A stretch of 63,813 nt of DNA, filler included, from Squatina squatina (taxonomy: Eukaryota): assembly GCA_031763465.1 (NCBI GenBank). It is 4 parts of 4 records of this genome, joined end to end, with 100 filler letters (N's around TTAATTAATTAA, not from the genome) between each part and the next. Parts side by side here need not be neighbours in the genome. Positions count along the whole stretch, not along the records: positions 17,577 to 32,448 come from JARFOE010000189.1; positions 32,549 to 51,884 come from JARFOE010000100.1; 2 more parts are not named here. One strand, 5' to 3'. Within the stretch, counting starts at the first letter, position 1. The number at the start of each line of letters is the position of its first letter. A model generated the notes under the pieces. The model was not told where the DNA came from, made no database searches, and saw only the letters and a program-made list of their open reading frames with translations. Shown one piece after another: positions 24,001 through 38,459 of the stretch. Made by a program: the position numbers and the translations under genes.

Positions 24001-26069
24001 TTCACGCGTCTCTAGTACTGCTGAGTGCAGGTTTCATTGTGTGCTCTATCAGACTGGCTGATCAAAGAGCCTTGCTGCACGACAGTTCTTCGTTTTTTTT
24101 TTAATCTTCCTTTGGCAGGTGGCGAGTGAACAGCTGGTTTGCTTCTCTTTAAGCAAACCTCCTATCCTCCAGTCATAGGGCAGTGATGCCAATTTGCCAT
24201 AGACTAATCCATGGCTCAAACAGCATCTCCCACTTGGCTGAAGAAGACAGCTTGGAGCAAGCAATAGCCATAGTCAGATAAATGGAGCCAACAATTCAAT
24301 GATAAAAATGAAGCGAAACCATTCTTTCTCCTTCAAATGTTGACCTTCAGCACCGGCACAGTTAAAGTAATAGACTATTAAAGAAAGATAATTGTAATTG
24401 AGTGTGAAGCTAAACTTTAGCTACTAAATCACAAAAACAGCAACAAAAGTTAAAAACAAAATAAAGTTGTTTAGGCTGAAATAATGGTTCAAGATATTAG
24501 TGAGAAAGAAAACCATGCCTGTTGCGTCAATTGGATGATGTTTAAATTCCGCAGAGCAGCAGATATGAAGTTTCTAAATAATTTACGACCTTTATGAATT
24601 TAAATTAACCTTTATTGACCTCCATATTGGAGAAAGAAACAAGAATCTATTGAATTTGTTTCAGATCTGCTCGAAAAGTGTAGATTTATGCTGCTCCGAC
24701 CCCCTTGTGTCAGGACTGAATACTGAATTGTTGTGGCATGCCTAATTGGCAATACCCTTTCCATTCGAACTGAATGAGGTGTTTAATGCAAGAAAAACAG
24801 TGTTCATTCCTCAGTAAATGCAGTGTCGAGCACTGGAATGAATACTAATGTGAGGAAGTTGACTGCAGCGAATGACAATGAAGTTGCTTGTGTTAAGGTC
24901 TTATTTATACATGCATTGAAAAAATAAACATGGTTCATTGGAACACTCTGCACAAGAGTCTTAATGATTATTTGCAAACAGAAATACTTTCACACGTGAG
25001 ACCGACTGGAATTAAATTAAACCAGGCGATAGGGATGAACATTATTTTCTGAGAAAAAATATTATTTTCCTAACCGGTGCTGAAATAAAGCTTAACAGAT
25101 TTTGCCGCCTTAATTAAATTGTGAGTACTTAAAATATAATTCTATTTGTCATTGCAGTGGCTCACTCCCCGTAAATTCTAAAGTGATACAGTGAAGCCAC
25201 ATTTTCTTTAGATCTATAAATCAGCTCTGTGCATGATAACATCAGAACCCTCGTAGAACAAATTCCTTGTCATGAATGAAGTTACTTGACTGAATACAAG
25301 TATCACAGCACTACTTTTCAAAGGCCCTAAATAAATGTCAGCTGAAGACAATTGTTTTATAGACTCCCAGATAATGTATTTTGTGTCGTATTCAAGTACT
25401 TCCCAGATGACACAGGGGAAGAACAAATATCTCATGTCAATTGAAATCACCTATTAGTGCAAAAGGCCCTCCCTCCACTGTTGAACATTATTGAACTGAT
25501 CTTTAACAGCTCTGAAGCTGGCAAACATTCTGCCTATGGAATTCGGGCCATTAACACCGGCTGGGTTCAGTGGAAAAAGTGGCGGGCGCCTCGCTTCTGC
25601 ACTCTTCTGGCGCGGAACATGGCAACCACCATTTTGGGCAGGCCACCAGCGCTGCTCTTGCCTGCGCTCTCTGCAAATATGGTAATTAGTCAGATTGTGA
25701 TATCAATCAGCGTGCAACGCTGAATTAACGCAGTACCTGCTATTTTGACGTTGCCATGCCTTTTAACACCCTTTCCCAAGCACGCACAGTTGAAAGTGCA
25801 TTCAGCCATGCGACGTAGCCCCTACCAACGCTTCTTAAAGGGACACACACAACTTTTCAGGTAAGTTTATATTTTTGTTTTTGTATTGGTTTCTTTACAT
25901 TTTATTGAGTAGTGGCTTGGTGTAATGCATTTCAAAAGTTGTTGAATTGTGAAGTAGCACAGGGACTGNNNNNNNNNNNNNNNNNNNNNNNNNNNNNNNN
26001 NNNNNNNNNNNNNNNNNNNNNNNNNNNNNNNNNNNNNNNNNNNNNNNNNNNNNNNNNNNNNNNNNNNNT

Positions 26070-26400
26070 TCCTTTTTTTATTGATATGTCTATAAAATAT
26101 TTTGCTAATTTGTTATATGTTCCCTGATAATTTACTTTCATAATTCCTCTTTGTCTTCCTATTTGTTTTTTGACTTTGATCCTAACCTCTTCATATTCTC
26201 CCTTATCATGCACTCCCCTGCTCTCTTTGTACTTAATATATGCCTCTTTCCTTACCCTCAATTGTTCCCTTCAGGCTTTATTCATCCGTGGAATATCTTT
26301 GGTATTTAGCTTTTTCTTTCATTTCAGCGGAAAATATTGTTCCTGGACTGTGTTGAACACTGTTTTAAATGTTTCCCATTGCTGTTCTACATCATTGTTT
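26070..26400 (-). mobile_element. degraded CR1-like LINE ORF2 fragment
   Basis: RVRKEAYIKYKESRGVHDKGEYEEVRIKVKKQI, the same CR1 linker region. Confidence 0.65.
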
Positions 26401-27517
26401 ACAAGTATAATCCATTTTATTTTTACATAAGATGAAACGTTTAAATATTAACAGGGCCAGCACTGATACTTCTGGATAGTCCCCTTACAGATTACAGATT
26501 GCAAATGCAGTGTTCAGCTGAAAATATCTCCTCAAAAAGGGTCCAGGCATGGCACAATTCAAGCATGCAAGATCAGAGATCCAGTTGTCTGACCTGCACC
26601 CACTTAGGAAAGGATCTGTGCTGCAGCAAAGCCTTGGAAAGTGAACGCTCACGCGTCCAAAATGATCGTTCTTTATCAGTGTGAGTTAATAATAGAAATA
26701 TTAGGAGGGGTAATTATCACCCTGCTTGAAGCCTAAGCATAGACTTTGGGTTTTGGGTTTTCAACTTTGCTTTATTCCAATTGTTTATCACAATTTCTTT
26801 CAAGCCCTTCTAAGTTCCTTTGCATTGTATATTGTAGTTCTTTGAATAAATTAATGTGGGGTTTCAGTCCATTTAACGTAGACAGAGGTATAACCTCTGT
26901 TCCAGATCAGTGCAAATCTGTGCGAAGAGGATCAGGGTATTTAGCTTTGAAAATCATTAAAATGAAAAGGGATAATTTGAGCATCTAAATATCCTAATCC
27001 CTTAAGTTGCTCTTTAAATGGGGAAAAAAATTGAACGTACCATCTGGGAAGATCGGTACACCAAAAGTAAGACGGGCAGATCCGCTGTCCTGCTGCTACA
27101 CCAACTGCAGGATTACGAGTTCTCCAATCTTATTTTTATAGCTTGGTTGTGGTCCAAGCCAATGAATAATCAGCAAGAATTGAAGAATTCATCTTTTCAA
27201 TTGGCCAAGAATGTCAGAATTTTGTCTGCACTTGATGATAAAGAGAAAAACTCCTCTTTTACTGAAGAAAGGAGGCCACAGACTAGACTGCCATTCTGCC
27301 ACTTGGTGTAGTGGCATAAATTGGGCAGCCAGAGCGGAAAATGGTCAAAGCCTCTCTCTGCCGGAACACCACCCACTTCCCAACATCATTCCCAGTGGTG
27401 GGGGAGAAGTATTTTTGGGCAGGTCGGCGGATATGAGGCAGTCGTGAGGTGGTGGCATCACAAAGTCCGACTCTTCATCATTTCCAACTCTTTAGTGCAC
27501 AATTACGTTCCCATACA

Positions 27518-27665
27518 TATAGAAACATAGAAACATAGAAAATAGGTGCAGGAGTAGGCCATTTGGCCCTTCGAGCCTGCACCGCCAGTCAGTATGATCA
27601 TGGCTGATCATCCAACTCAGTACCCTGTACCTGCTTTCTCTCCATACCCCCTGATCCCTTTAGCC
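27518..27665 (-). mobile_element. CR1-like LINE 3' end with (catagaaa)n tail
   Basis: catagaaacatagaaaataggtgcaggagtaggccatttggcccttcgagcctgc; the reverse-complement counterpart is at 29800-29871. Confidence 0.8.
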
Positions 27666-29371
27666 NNNNNNNNNNNNNNNNNNNNNNNNNNNNNNNNNNN
27701 NNNNNNNNNNNNNNNNNNNNNNNNNNNNNNNNNNNNNNNNNNNNNNNNNNNNNNNNNNNNNNNNNGTATTGAAAAGGCAGAATTTTGCCTAAAGTTCCAA
27801 GACCAAAACTTAGCGCCTAACTATTCCTCCGTTAGCGCCCGAAACTTAGGGCAATTGAATTGGGTGCCCCAATACTTTAAATATTTAAAATTGCCAAGAT
27901 AGAGCAGAGCATCAGGGCTCAGAAACTGAATTCTGAGCTTCTGCAAAGCTAATTGTTTAAGGAGCTAAGCTCAAGTGGATAGCTAATCGAGTGACCCGCC
28001 CAGTGCTGAAGGTGTGAAATAAAAGGTGTGAAATATGTGGAGATTGATCAGTGGTAAATCAATGGAGATCGGTGTCCGAGGTTACCATTTAGTTTGGAAT
28101 ATTGAGTAGATGTTCCAATTCAATTGCAACAGGGAAAACAGTTTTGGAAAAGGCAGAAGACAAAATCTGCAAAGGGTCTCATAGCTGTAGAAGCACTGAG
28201 ATTTAGGGGCCCCATCTGTATTTTCCGAAAGAGTTATTGGATTTAGTTGTATAATCGTACAATCTAAATGCTATTTCAGTTCAAATAGCAGTGATAAAGC
28301 TGGATAAAACTGTTCCCCATCTGTTTTTGGTTTCCAGTCATTTCCATACTAGTTGGATGGTGTTCTGATCATAGCAGCCCTTCGAGAGCACTGTTTCTTT
28401 TGTTTGTTAATGCAGTCTTGCAATGTGTGGTACATCAGTTAGATATTATGACAAAAATAAATTGGTAACATTCAAGTGCAGATTGAAGAAACCACTAAAG
28501 ACTGCTACATGGCTTCTGCAATTTAAATTTAGGATGCACCATTCATAACCAATTCTGGCATGGTGTAATGGCTTAGAAATGGGCATTTTTAATTGTCTAG
28601 CATCTACCCCACCCAGTGACTGGCAGCTAACCGCAGTATTTTTGTGGGGCCGAGATGAATATTACTGCTCCTTCTCGCCCCACAAAAATTCCTCCCAATA
28701 AAGCTCCAGGCTGTTTTGGGAGCGGCCTCCAATGGTACCGGAAAAATTGAGGTCGTACAACTGGTAAAGGGCCCTGATATGAATATGTGAGCAGACTTCT
28801 GCCTGTTTCAGGTGAGTGTGCTGTGCTCCCATTCAGGCCTTCCTGAAAATTGTAGCAGGTGAGCCTTGAGCATCCAGGGGGTGACCAAGGGGGTCCGCCC
28901 CAATTTTCCTCAGTCAGCTGGCTGTTTTTCAGGTAAGAATTGGGTGTCCAGCAGTTAAAAATTGCCTCCAATGTAATACACTTCCGGAGATAGAAGAGGT
29001 TGAATGATTGAGGTGAGAAGAAAGGTAGGTGGAACTGGTCTCTGAAACAGAGACAGAGTTGCTGCCTCAAATAACCTTCCCTATTGCTAGTTCGACCCAC
29101 AACCGAAACCAATAGTCTTCTAATCCACTATGATCCAGGAGCTTGTTGTTTCCAGAGCATTAGATAAGGCTTCTCGTCATAAACTTTTGCTGAAAATCTG
29201 GTAAACTGTTGAATTACAATAATGAGAAGATAAAACTATTGGCGGCTCAAATGGACATGTTTCATTGCAACACTTCTGCAAGGGTGTCCTGGGGAAGTAC
29301 TTCTCTTGGTCGCACTTTGTTTCTCATAACTCCAAGATACAAAAATGTACACAATTTGAATTCAATATTAA

Positions 29372-29610
29372 GGGCACCCAATTGGTCTGCCGGTGCAAGC
29401 GCAAAATGAGCATTAAATGGGCGCTAGGGGTCTTGTGCCCGCTTTTGGCGCCAAGCGGCTCCGCTGCTGAATTGGCATTGGAGCAGTACAGGTGCTAAAT
29501 AGGCGCTGCTCCAGCAGCGCTCCAAACTTGGCGACGGGCGTTGGATGGCGTCCATGACGTCATCATCAGACGCAGCGCCCAAAATGGCTGCCCGACAATG
29601 AATTCACTTC
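29372..29610. mobile_element. MITE-like element, left end
   Basis: Starts gggcacccaatt, the exact reverse complement of 27858-27869; GC/CpG-rich body. Confidence 0.5.
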
Positions 29611-29614
29611 CAGG

Positions 29615-29871
29615 AAATCCAGGTTAGTCGGGAAGTGGTGTTAGGTAAATTGAATGGATTAAAGGCAGATAAATCCCNNNNNNNNNNNNNNNNNNNNNNN
29701 NNNNNNNNNNNNNNNNNNNNNNNNNNNNNNNNNNNNNNNNNNNNNNNNNNNNNNNNNNNNNNNNNNNNNNNNNNNNNATTGAATTTGGATGATCAGGCAT
29801 GATCGTATTTAATGGCAGAGCAGGCTCAAAGGGTCGAATGGCCTACTCCTGCTCCTATTTTCTATGTTTCT
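29615..29871 (+). mobile_element. CR1-like LINE fragments either side of a gap
   Basis: EVVLGKLNGLKADKS before the gap; 3' tail gaatggcctactcctgctcctattttctatgtttct after it. Confidence 0.75.
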
Positions 29872-30185
29872 AACGCTTCAAGAACTGGTGGAAAGCAGTC
29901 AAACACATTTCTAACTGGTTATATCTTTCTCCCTCCTGAAAGAAAAATTCACAACCACTTACAAAGAAGTTCCTGATGACTGTCGTTTGTTGTAATCATC
30001 TGAAACAAATGTGACACCTGTTCTAGCCAGTTATCTCCAGCTGCATTCTGTTATGCCACCAATAAAACATTTTTATTTATATGGTCTCTCTAGTAATCAT
30101 CTGTTGTTTGACTGGAATTTCTATAACATGGAGTGTTAGAAAAAAATTCAGGCGTTGATGAAAAATTGCCAGACTGTTTTTGTAC

Positions 30186-30330
30186 CTTTTGTGTCTTTAA
30201 TAACAATGGCATTCAATAATCCTTTTCCTCTTACAGCAGTCACAATATCTGACGGCAGTTTCATCAGCTCACTTCGGAGGAGCATTCCCATTTCCTCTGA
30301 ATTTTCTGCCAAGTTTTCTTCTTCAAGAAC
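30186..30330 (-). CDS. OAT: ornithine aminotransferase, penultimate coding exon (missing from the ORF track)
   Basis: ccag|[48 protein letters not shown]|gtac; 145 bp; contains the class-III aminotransferase VRGKGLL motif and is near-identical to vertebrate OAT. Confidence 0.93.
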
Positions 30331-31719
30331 CTGGATATTACAGTTAAAGGGATATTACAAAAAAAAATCAAATTTTGCCCAGTTATGTAGATATCCCACT
30401 AAATTCAAGAGAAAAGGTTAAGCAACAGGAAAAGCCAAATCAGCTTAAACAAGCTTTTCCCTTTCCACATGCACCACTTATCTGCCTCATCTCTACATCC
30501 CTCAACCAGAAAATCATCAGTCCTGAAGCCATTTAAACAGTCTGGTTCAGAGGCCTTTCCTGATGACTTAGTCCACAACTCCATCTTTTGGGCAAAAATA
30601 TTCCACCAGACATGCCTCCTTATTTCAAACTTCATTTTTTAAATTGAATATTGGTATGAAACCTTCAAACTGAATAAGTTTCCTTAATAACCTCTTCCAC
30701 ATTCGTGAATTCTTCAGCTTGAAGGCTCCTTTCCAAAAGAAAAACTTCCAAAACAATTTAAATCTCTAGAATCTGTCAAACTGCTGCCTTATTTCCAACA
30801 TGCTCTTTATCGCCAAGGTCANNNNNNNNNNNNNNNNNNNNNNNNNNNNNNNNNNNNNNNNNNNNNNNNNNNNNNNNNNNNNNNNNNNNNNNNNNNNNNN
30901 NNNNNNNNNNNNNNNNNNNNNAGCACCATGGAATGCTTGCTACAGTCTAACTGTAACACCACATCTAGATGAGCCAGAATAACATTAACTACTTCCAGAT
31001 AACGGTTTCTTCTCCTGCTTTAATTTTTTAAAATATGTTATCTCCAATTGCACACTCAGTACATGTCTTGGAATTAAATTTACCCATCCCGTCCATTTCA
31101 ATACACAGTTGCTGTAATTTGCTACTGTGTGTATTCCTTCAATTTAAACAGCAGAGCAGTCCACCATGGATTCTTGTAATATCTACTGTTAATACTGGTC
31201 CCAAGAATTGAAATAATTTATTATGGATAATAGTAATGTGCCTACAAAGGTAGATTTTAAAGACTTTGAGGGACAGAATATCATTACTTTAGTGTCCTTT
31301 TTAGGACATTGGACATGAAGGTGCAACTGGACTGTTCGAACCTTAGACTTAACAATATTCCACAAGAACCCAACAGAAGATATGTGACTTCTGAGTGGGT
31401 CTGACCCCAACAGGTTTGTTTGTTCTCCCTTTGAGATAGAGCAGCAGTATTTGCCTAGTACTTTGTCTGAGACTCTCAGAACTTGTCCATGTCAGGCGTT
31501 GAACTAGACTGACTGCTGAAGACAGGTTCTGAACTGTAGGCTACTACCACTAGAGCTACTCAGCCCCTTTGGAGTGATGATGCTGTTTACATTATCATTA
31601 AATCGTTAAAAAGAAACGCCCACGATGGTTGTACAAAAATGGCAGCTCAAGGAAAAAGTTGGTTGTCAGTATGTTCCACATCAGTACTTATTATTTGAAA
31701 GAGATAGCCTGCATAGTTT

Positions 31720-32364
<645 letters not shown>

Positions 32365-32492
32365 TCAGCTAGGTAAGTTTTGAAATGCATGATGACACTA
32401 TAATCTTTAAACCCCTGTTTTCTCTGCTGCTTTAAGCAAACATACATGNNNNNNNNNNNNNNNNNNNNNNNNNNNNNNNNNNNNNNNNNNNN

Positions 32493-32504
32493 TTAATTAA
32501 TTAA
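32493..32504. other. artificial scaffold spacer TTAATTAATTAA
   Basis: Same N-flanked linker. Confidence 0.95.
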
Positions 32505-33017
32505 NNNNNNNNNNNNNNNNNNNNNNNNNNNNNNNNNNNNNNNNNNNNACCCTGAGTCCGATATTTTTATAACTAATAAACAGGAGAAAATTAAAACAAA
32601 AATGCCATTTTATGAATGCCGCTATTATTCACCTCCTGGGTTTTGCTCGTGGCTGTGCCACAGAGATTAATCTTTCATTCCTGGAGACTCTAGGGCAATC
32701 CTGGAGGGTTGGCAACCCTAATCAAGACTGTTAACCTTTAAGTACCTGGCTAACGACACCAGGACACAGTTGTGGCCTTTGTGGGACGGTGGTGGAAGGC
32801 ACAGCTATGATGGGCCAAATGGCCTCCTCCTGTGCTGGTTCATTCTATGATTCTAACCTCTTCCAAAAGAAAATATGTAATTTGTGGTGTCGCAGATCAA
32901 GCAGCACTTACTGCTATTCGTGTCGTAGAACTAGCAGCATTTTTAAAGGGGCTTGGTGGTAAAGGCATCCTTGTTGATTTACCAGTGCCTCATTATCCCG
33001 TCATTCTCTCTCTGCAG

Positions 33018-33184
33018 GAGCACAGGGCCTGTAACGTGGACTCGTGCCCCGAGGTACGCAGGAACACGCCGTGGACACCCTGGATGCCGGTCAACGTGAG
33101 CCAGACCGGAGCCCGTCACGAGCAGCGTTTCCGCTACACCTGCCGGGCCCCACTGGCAGACCCACACGATCTCCAGCTTGGGAC
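33018..33184 (+). CDS. SEMA5B: semaphorin 5B internal exon (thrombospondin-repeat region), truncated by a gap
   Basis: ctctctgcag|EHRACNVDSCPEVRRNTPWTPWMPVNVSQTGARHEQRFRYTCRAPLADPHDLQLG matches SEMA5B (CPEVRRNTPWTPW...CRAPLADPH); synteny with SLC49A4. Confidence 0.88.
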
Positions 33185-34512
33185 NNNNNNNNNNNNNNNN
33201 NNNNNNNNNNNNNNNNNNNNNNNNNNNNNNNNNNNNNNNNNNNNNNNNNNNNNNNNNNNNNNNNNNNNNNNNNNNNNNNNNNNNATTCTTTTAAAGGTTG
33301 CAGCAGTCATTTTCTTGACTTAAAATGACGATTTGGCTAAGGACATTTTAGCTGACAGGATTGTTGGAATGCATGTCAAACAGAAGCATCCATTTTTCTC
33401 AGCAATTTTACATAAATAATGAAAAATAAAAACTACCGCAGCACTGAGTTGCTTAGAATCCTGAGTGTCTTGGGAACAGGTCAATAAAATTAATTATTTA
33501 TTGATCATTCGGTTTAATGAAAAAAAAGCAACACAGATTATTTAGCCTAGGACTGGATACCCTTAATTATAGTAAATAACTCATATTAATAGTTCTATAG
33601 TGATGTTTTAAAAGCTGAAAACTATCAATTTAATGGCTGATTTTTTTTCTCCATATCTTTCTTACTTCAAGAAAGACAGCTCCCCGAGATGAAAGTATTG
33701 CTGATGGTTAATAATAGGCCAATTATATTACACAGTTTTGACTTCTCATCACCGCAAACTGCGAAGTGGGATTTGAATACAAAGTAACTCCAGGAGGTAT
33801 TTTTACACCACTTTTGGCTTCATAACTGCAGGCAGTGTGCAGTGAAGTTTAAAATGTCCCCTGGTGGTCCATTGAATAGCTTGGGAACTTCTTAAATCAC
33901 ATTTTTAATCTTTTTGCTGCTCGCAGAATGCTGATAGCTCTGCTGATGCTAAAATTGAATTGGCATTCTGATGCCACTGATATGCCTGCAAAAAGCCTCC
34001 CCCCCCCCACCCCTTACAGGCAGGCCAGAACCCTGAAATTTACAGCTATCATTTTAACGGACCTGTGATGCACAAAAGAAAAATAGATCCTTTGATGGGA
34101 GCTGTGCCACGCGGCTGGCACTGGCGAGTTGTAAGATGCCAGGGATCGCCACGTTATTCTGAGGGGCGGTATCTGCCCACGTAGCGACAATACCCCAGCG
34201 ACTGACGACTTTTAACCGCCCTGAACAATATTGAGCACCAGCCTGCTGGTTATAAAACTAGAAGAAACGGATCTATGGATCTCCATACTGAACAAATGGG
34301 CAAGGTTGCGCTCATTGCTGGCACCGCAGAGTCCCCAGTGGGTCGGAGGAGTTGTTTTTGAAGGTTCTCATGCCTTCCTATGCAATTTAAATTATGGTAC
34401 TGTCGGTAAACTGCGGCATAGAGAGTAATCACTGCCTCTGTAGACACTGTGAATTGTTTTTTTGTTATTCTATGTATTTTTTGTATATTGTACATTGCAA
34501 AAGATATTACAG

Positions 34513-34518
34513 AATAAA
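34513..34518 (+). terminator. possible polyadenylation signal (SEMA5B 3' end?)
   Basis: AATAAA preceded by a T-rich, TGTA-rich tract (34460-34500) typical of 3'UTR ends. Confidence 0.3.
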
Positions 34519-37319
34519 CCATTCCGAGGAGATGTTAAGTTGAATGTTTCCCTCAACGATGTGGTCCCTTTTCTTTCTTCTTTCCCCCTGCCCCCCACCC
34601 CATCTCTTTTCATGNNNNNNNNNNNNNNNNNNNNNNNNNNNNNNNNNNNNNNNNNNNNNNNNNNNNNNNNNNNNNNNNNNNNNNNNNNNNNNNNNNNNNN
34701 NNNNNNNNNNNNNNATTTCTCCACTCGGCATCTCAGGAGGCCATCGAATGGAGAGCCAAACCGGACACCCGCTTTTCCAGTCATACACATCAACGTGTCA
34801 CGGGGAGCTAGGAAAGCTGATTTATAAAATCTCTCATGACTCCGGGGGTCGTGTGTCATCCATCGCCAATACCTCAGCAGCTACAGCGTGCAGAGCAGTA
34901 GCAAAGAACAATGGAGACAAAACCGTATTAAAGAATCTGACAGATGATTATTGAGTGTAAAAAAAGTTGGTGAAGGTGAATCGGGAACCTTGTGCCCAAG
35001 TGGCAGGTAATTTGTATGATTGCAGACATCACAGCCAAGAGGCTCCATAGGAGATTAATGCAGTTTGAAAGCTTGTATTAAATATATCTTCCTGTGGCTC
35101 ACCTCCACAAATGTGATTTACTGGCAATTTTAATCTCTGCGTACAAGGGGGAATATGAACGAAATTGGAAACAAAATAAAAGCAATTTTGAATTAAAGAA
35201 AAAAAAAATTACCAAAAGCTGTTTATCTCTTCTGTGGAATTCGAACGCAGCTCCTCAGGGTTATGTTGGTCTTTGCAGTGAGATTCCTCTGATCATGTGG
35301 CATTTTTTGGGCAATGCTTACACATCACCCACTTTTTAAAAATTCGTTCTCAAAGCCAGCATTTACTGCCCANNNNNNNNNNNNNNNNNNNNNNNNNNNN
35401 NNNNNNNNNNNNNNNNNNNNNNNNNNNNNNNNNNNNNNNNNNNNNNNNNNNNNNNNNNNNNNNNNNNNNNNNTTCAGCACAACAGCCGGGATGTTACCAG
35501 GTCTGATAGCCTTTGCTGCACTCAGTGTTCTCAGCTCAGCTAATCAGTGGGCGGCTCGGGGTCGTGTTTGAGTTTTAAAAACATTTTTTACATCTCATCT
35601 GACCTGAACCCACCTGTTTTTTGGGGGTTAAAGTGACATCCATAGTCATTGACGGAGATTTATTGCTAAGAAAGTTGGTTAGCTATGTGAGTCACAAAGA
35701 TAAACCTACAGGATAAAAGTCTGGCTCCCTGGAACAAGAGCTGCATAGATTGGGAAAACGATTGTAAGATTGCCGACGGGAACCGAAGCGGAGCTAGTGG
35801 TGGTGGCCCGTGTAAGGGTTGGCAGAATAGGGAGAAATTGTACAGAGGCCCTCAAGGACACCTATGTGAGGTTAACCTCAAAACCTAATAGGGAACGTGA
35901 AGTAATGTTGCCAGGCACACTTATCGTGTTTGGAAAAAGAGATGAGTTGATAAGAAAAATAGATGATGTGAACAAACGTTGGTTCTTTCTTTTTTTTAAT
36001 AGACTGGCAGCTCAGAATAAGAGGAAGGGGATAATGAAAAGTTAAGGAGGGCATGCGAAAACAAAAAGGTTGTATTAAAATGGGATTCCAAACGAACTAA
36101 TATTAAATCGGGGTTGCCCAAAGTGGCCTGGAGTCAGGATTGGAAAATGCAGTGCATGATTGCTTCAGGACTCAGTACCTCACTGAAATCACAAGTGGCA
36201 CATCTCTGCTCTGCTTAGTAATGATAAGTGACCTTGACAGCGTGCAGTAAATGGAAGTCATGGGACCTCTGGATGACAGTGACCACAACCTGATTACGTT
36301 TGATGTGATTTGGGATTCGACACTGCCAACATCCATTTTAAACAATATTCCATTTTCCTTCAGTATTGGTAGTAACCTTACTTAATAGAGTTGATCAAAT
36401 TACCTGATTGAAATTTTCTGCAATTTTAGTCAAGTTTTCCTTTTTAACGTCCGGAATTAACATTGGCTCCTCAGTGCCTTCTGGTTCTACTCGCCAACAG
36501 AAATCTAATAAATGCTATGATCATTATTGCTCAAGTTTTCCCCTTTATAGAGGTCTGATGCTATATCACTGCTGAACACTAATTCAAGTATATGTCCAGC
36601 CCATGTTACCTCCTTGACTTGTTGAGTTAGGGAACAGTTTTATAAGATTTCTACAAATCTTTCAGCTACCCTGCTCTCAATATTTGATAGCTCACCACTG
36701 ATTGATCTGTTGGCAAATTAAAGTCCCCCATCAGGCATCACTTGTTTCAGAAGCTTTAGTAATTTGTTTCTATTTTGCCACAATGGGCTTCTTCACCTGG
36801 AGGTCTATAAAAATGACCAATAATCAGTCTATGGCCTGACTTCAACTGTTTCCCATTAATAAACATAGTCACACCTCTACTTTTATGACCTACTCTATCC
36901 TTTATGAATCAATTGTAACCTTTTAAATGATTCTCTGATCCATTATTCCCAAGTAATCATGTCTCAGAAAAGCATATGATATCCAATTTNNNNNNNNNNN
37001 NNNNNNNNNNNNNNNNNNNNNNNNNNNNNNNNNNNNNNNNNNNNNNNNNNNNNNNNNNNNNNNNNNNNNNNNNNNNNNNNNNNNNNNNNCAAACAGAAAC
37101 TTAGGAGGAGCAGAACCCTCCCGAAGAAGCAAAATCATTCGCTCTATCTTTTGCGAGCACCAGCTCAGAGATCGGCACCCTGGTTGGGATAGAAAGTAAG
37201 GCAGAGGTGGATACATAGGATGATATGCACAGTACTCATGAACAGATGGGGGAGACAGTGAAAAGGGAAGCCCAGGTTATAGGAACTCTGTGTTCCTCCA
37301 AATCTGGCCTCTTGTCCAA

Positions 37320-37585
37320 CCCCAACTTCCTTCATCCCACCAATGGCGGCTGAACCTTCAGCCATCTAGGCCCTAAGCTCTGGAATTCTGTCTATAAACC
37401 TCTCTACCTTTCCAGCTCTCTTTCCTTCTTTAACACCCTCCTTAAAACCTACCTCTTTGACCAAGCTTTTGGCCACCTGTCTACTTCTTTGGCTTGGTGT
37501 CAATATTTTTCTGATAATGCTCCTTTGAAGCATCTTGGGACATTTTACTACGTTGAAGATGCTATATAAATGCAAGTTGTTGTTA
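37320..37585 (+). mobile_element. L2-like LINE 3' end
   Basis: cttaaaacctacctctttgaccaagcttttgg...gggacattttactacgttgaagatgctatataaatgcaagttgttgtt; tail related to 46670-46783 and to the Deu-SINE tail. Confidence 0.75.
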
Positions 37586-37859
37586 CACACACATTGAGGT
37601 TTAAGTCCATTATCTTCATGCTAAGAAACTGGGTTGGTACTTAAGATTTCTTCAATATACACTGCATTCCACTTGCACAGATGCTTAATGCAAAATCCTG
37701 AGATACAAATAACCTATTTACCATGCAAGACTAAACTCCTTGTATCCACAATACTTTTAATGCAGAACCTTATGTAACACACAAAAAATGCCAATTGAGC
37801 ACACTTCAAAGTCTGGAAAACAGCAATACAAATTATCAAAAGAAAACATTTAAAATTAC

Positions 37860-38042
37860 CTGTGTGATAAAATGTCAGGAACATTAATAATAATCCCATG
37901 AAGATGTTGCTTAAGAAGGTCACAAATCCACATGTTATCCCCTCTGGTACTGGGTACACAGTCTCCACAAAAAGTTCAAAGAAGAAGGGAACACTGCTGA
38001 TTATGAATACTCCAATTAATATGCACGATGTATATAAAGTTG
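37860..38042 (-). CDS. SLC49A4: SLC49A4/DIRC2 MFS transporter, late exon
   Basis: ttccag|..[60 protein letters not shown]|gtaatt; 183 bp. Confidence 0.92.
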
Positions 38043-38459
38043 CTGGAATATTAAATAACACAAGTTAAAAAAGGATCATGAAACAGATTGAGAAATGGCA
38101 CACTCTATAAGCAATAGAAAACATCACTAAATTGTGGCATAGAAACCGAGATGCAGGACAAAATTCAGAGCATAGCCAGTTGTATAGCCTGTTCTGTATA
38201 GTCCAGCTCTACAGATTGTATGTGAGATTACCAAGCCAAGAGTCTTGCAAAGCAGAAAGGTTTACCATGATGGTAAAAGTACCTATAGAACATCCTAAGA
38301 AGTTGTCTTCTGTGCATCTGTTTGTGTTCTTTGCAGTCTATTTGCTACAGTCTGGTTCCNNNNNNNNNNNNNNNNNNNNNNNNNNNNNNNNNNNNNNNNN
38401 NNNNNNNNNNNNNNNNNNNNNNNNNNNNNNNNNNNNNNNNNNNNNNNNNNNNNNNNNNN

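Noticed and set aside
30331-31719. Apparent loss of upstream OAT exons, or a CHST15/NK1 ohnologue locus lacking OAT
   Set aside because: An intact OAT exon is present, and a 100-N gap of unknown size (30822-30921) can hide the rest.
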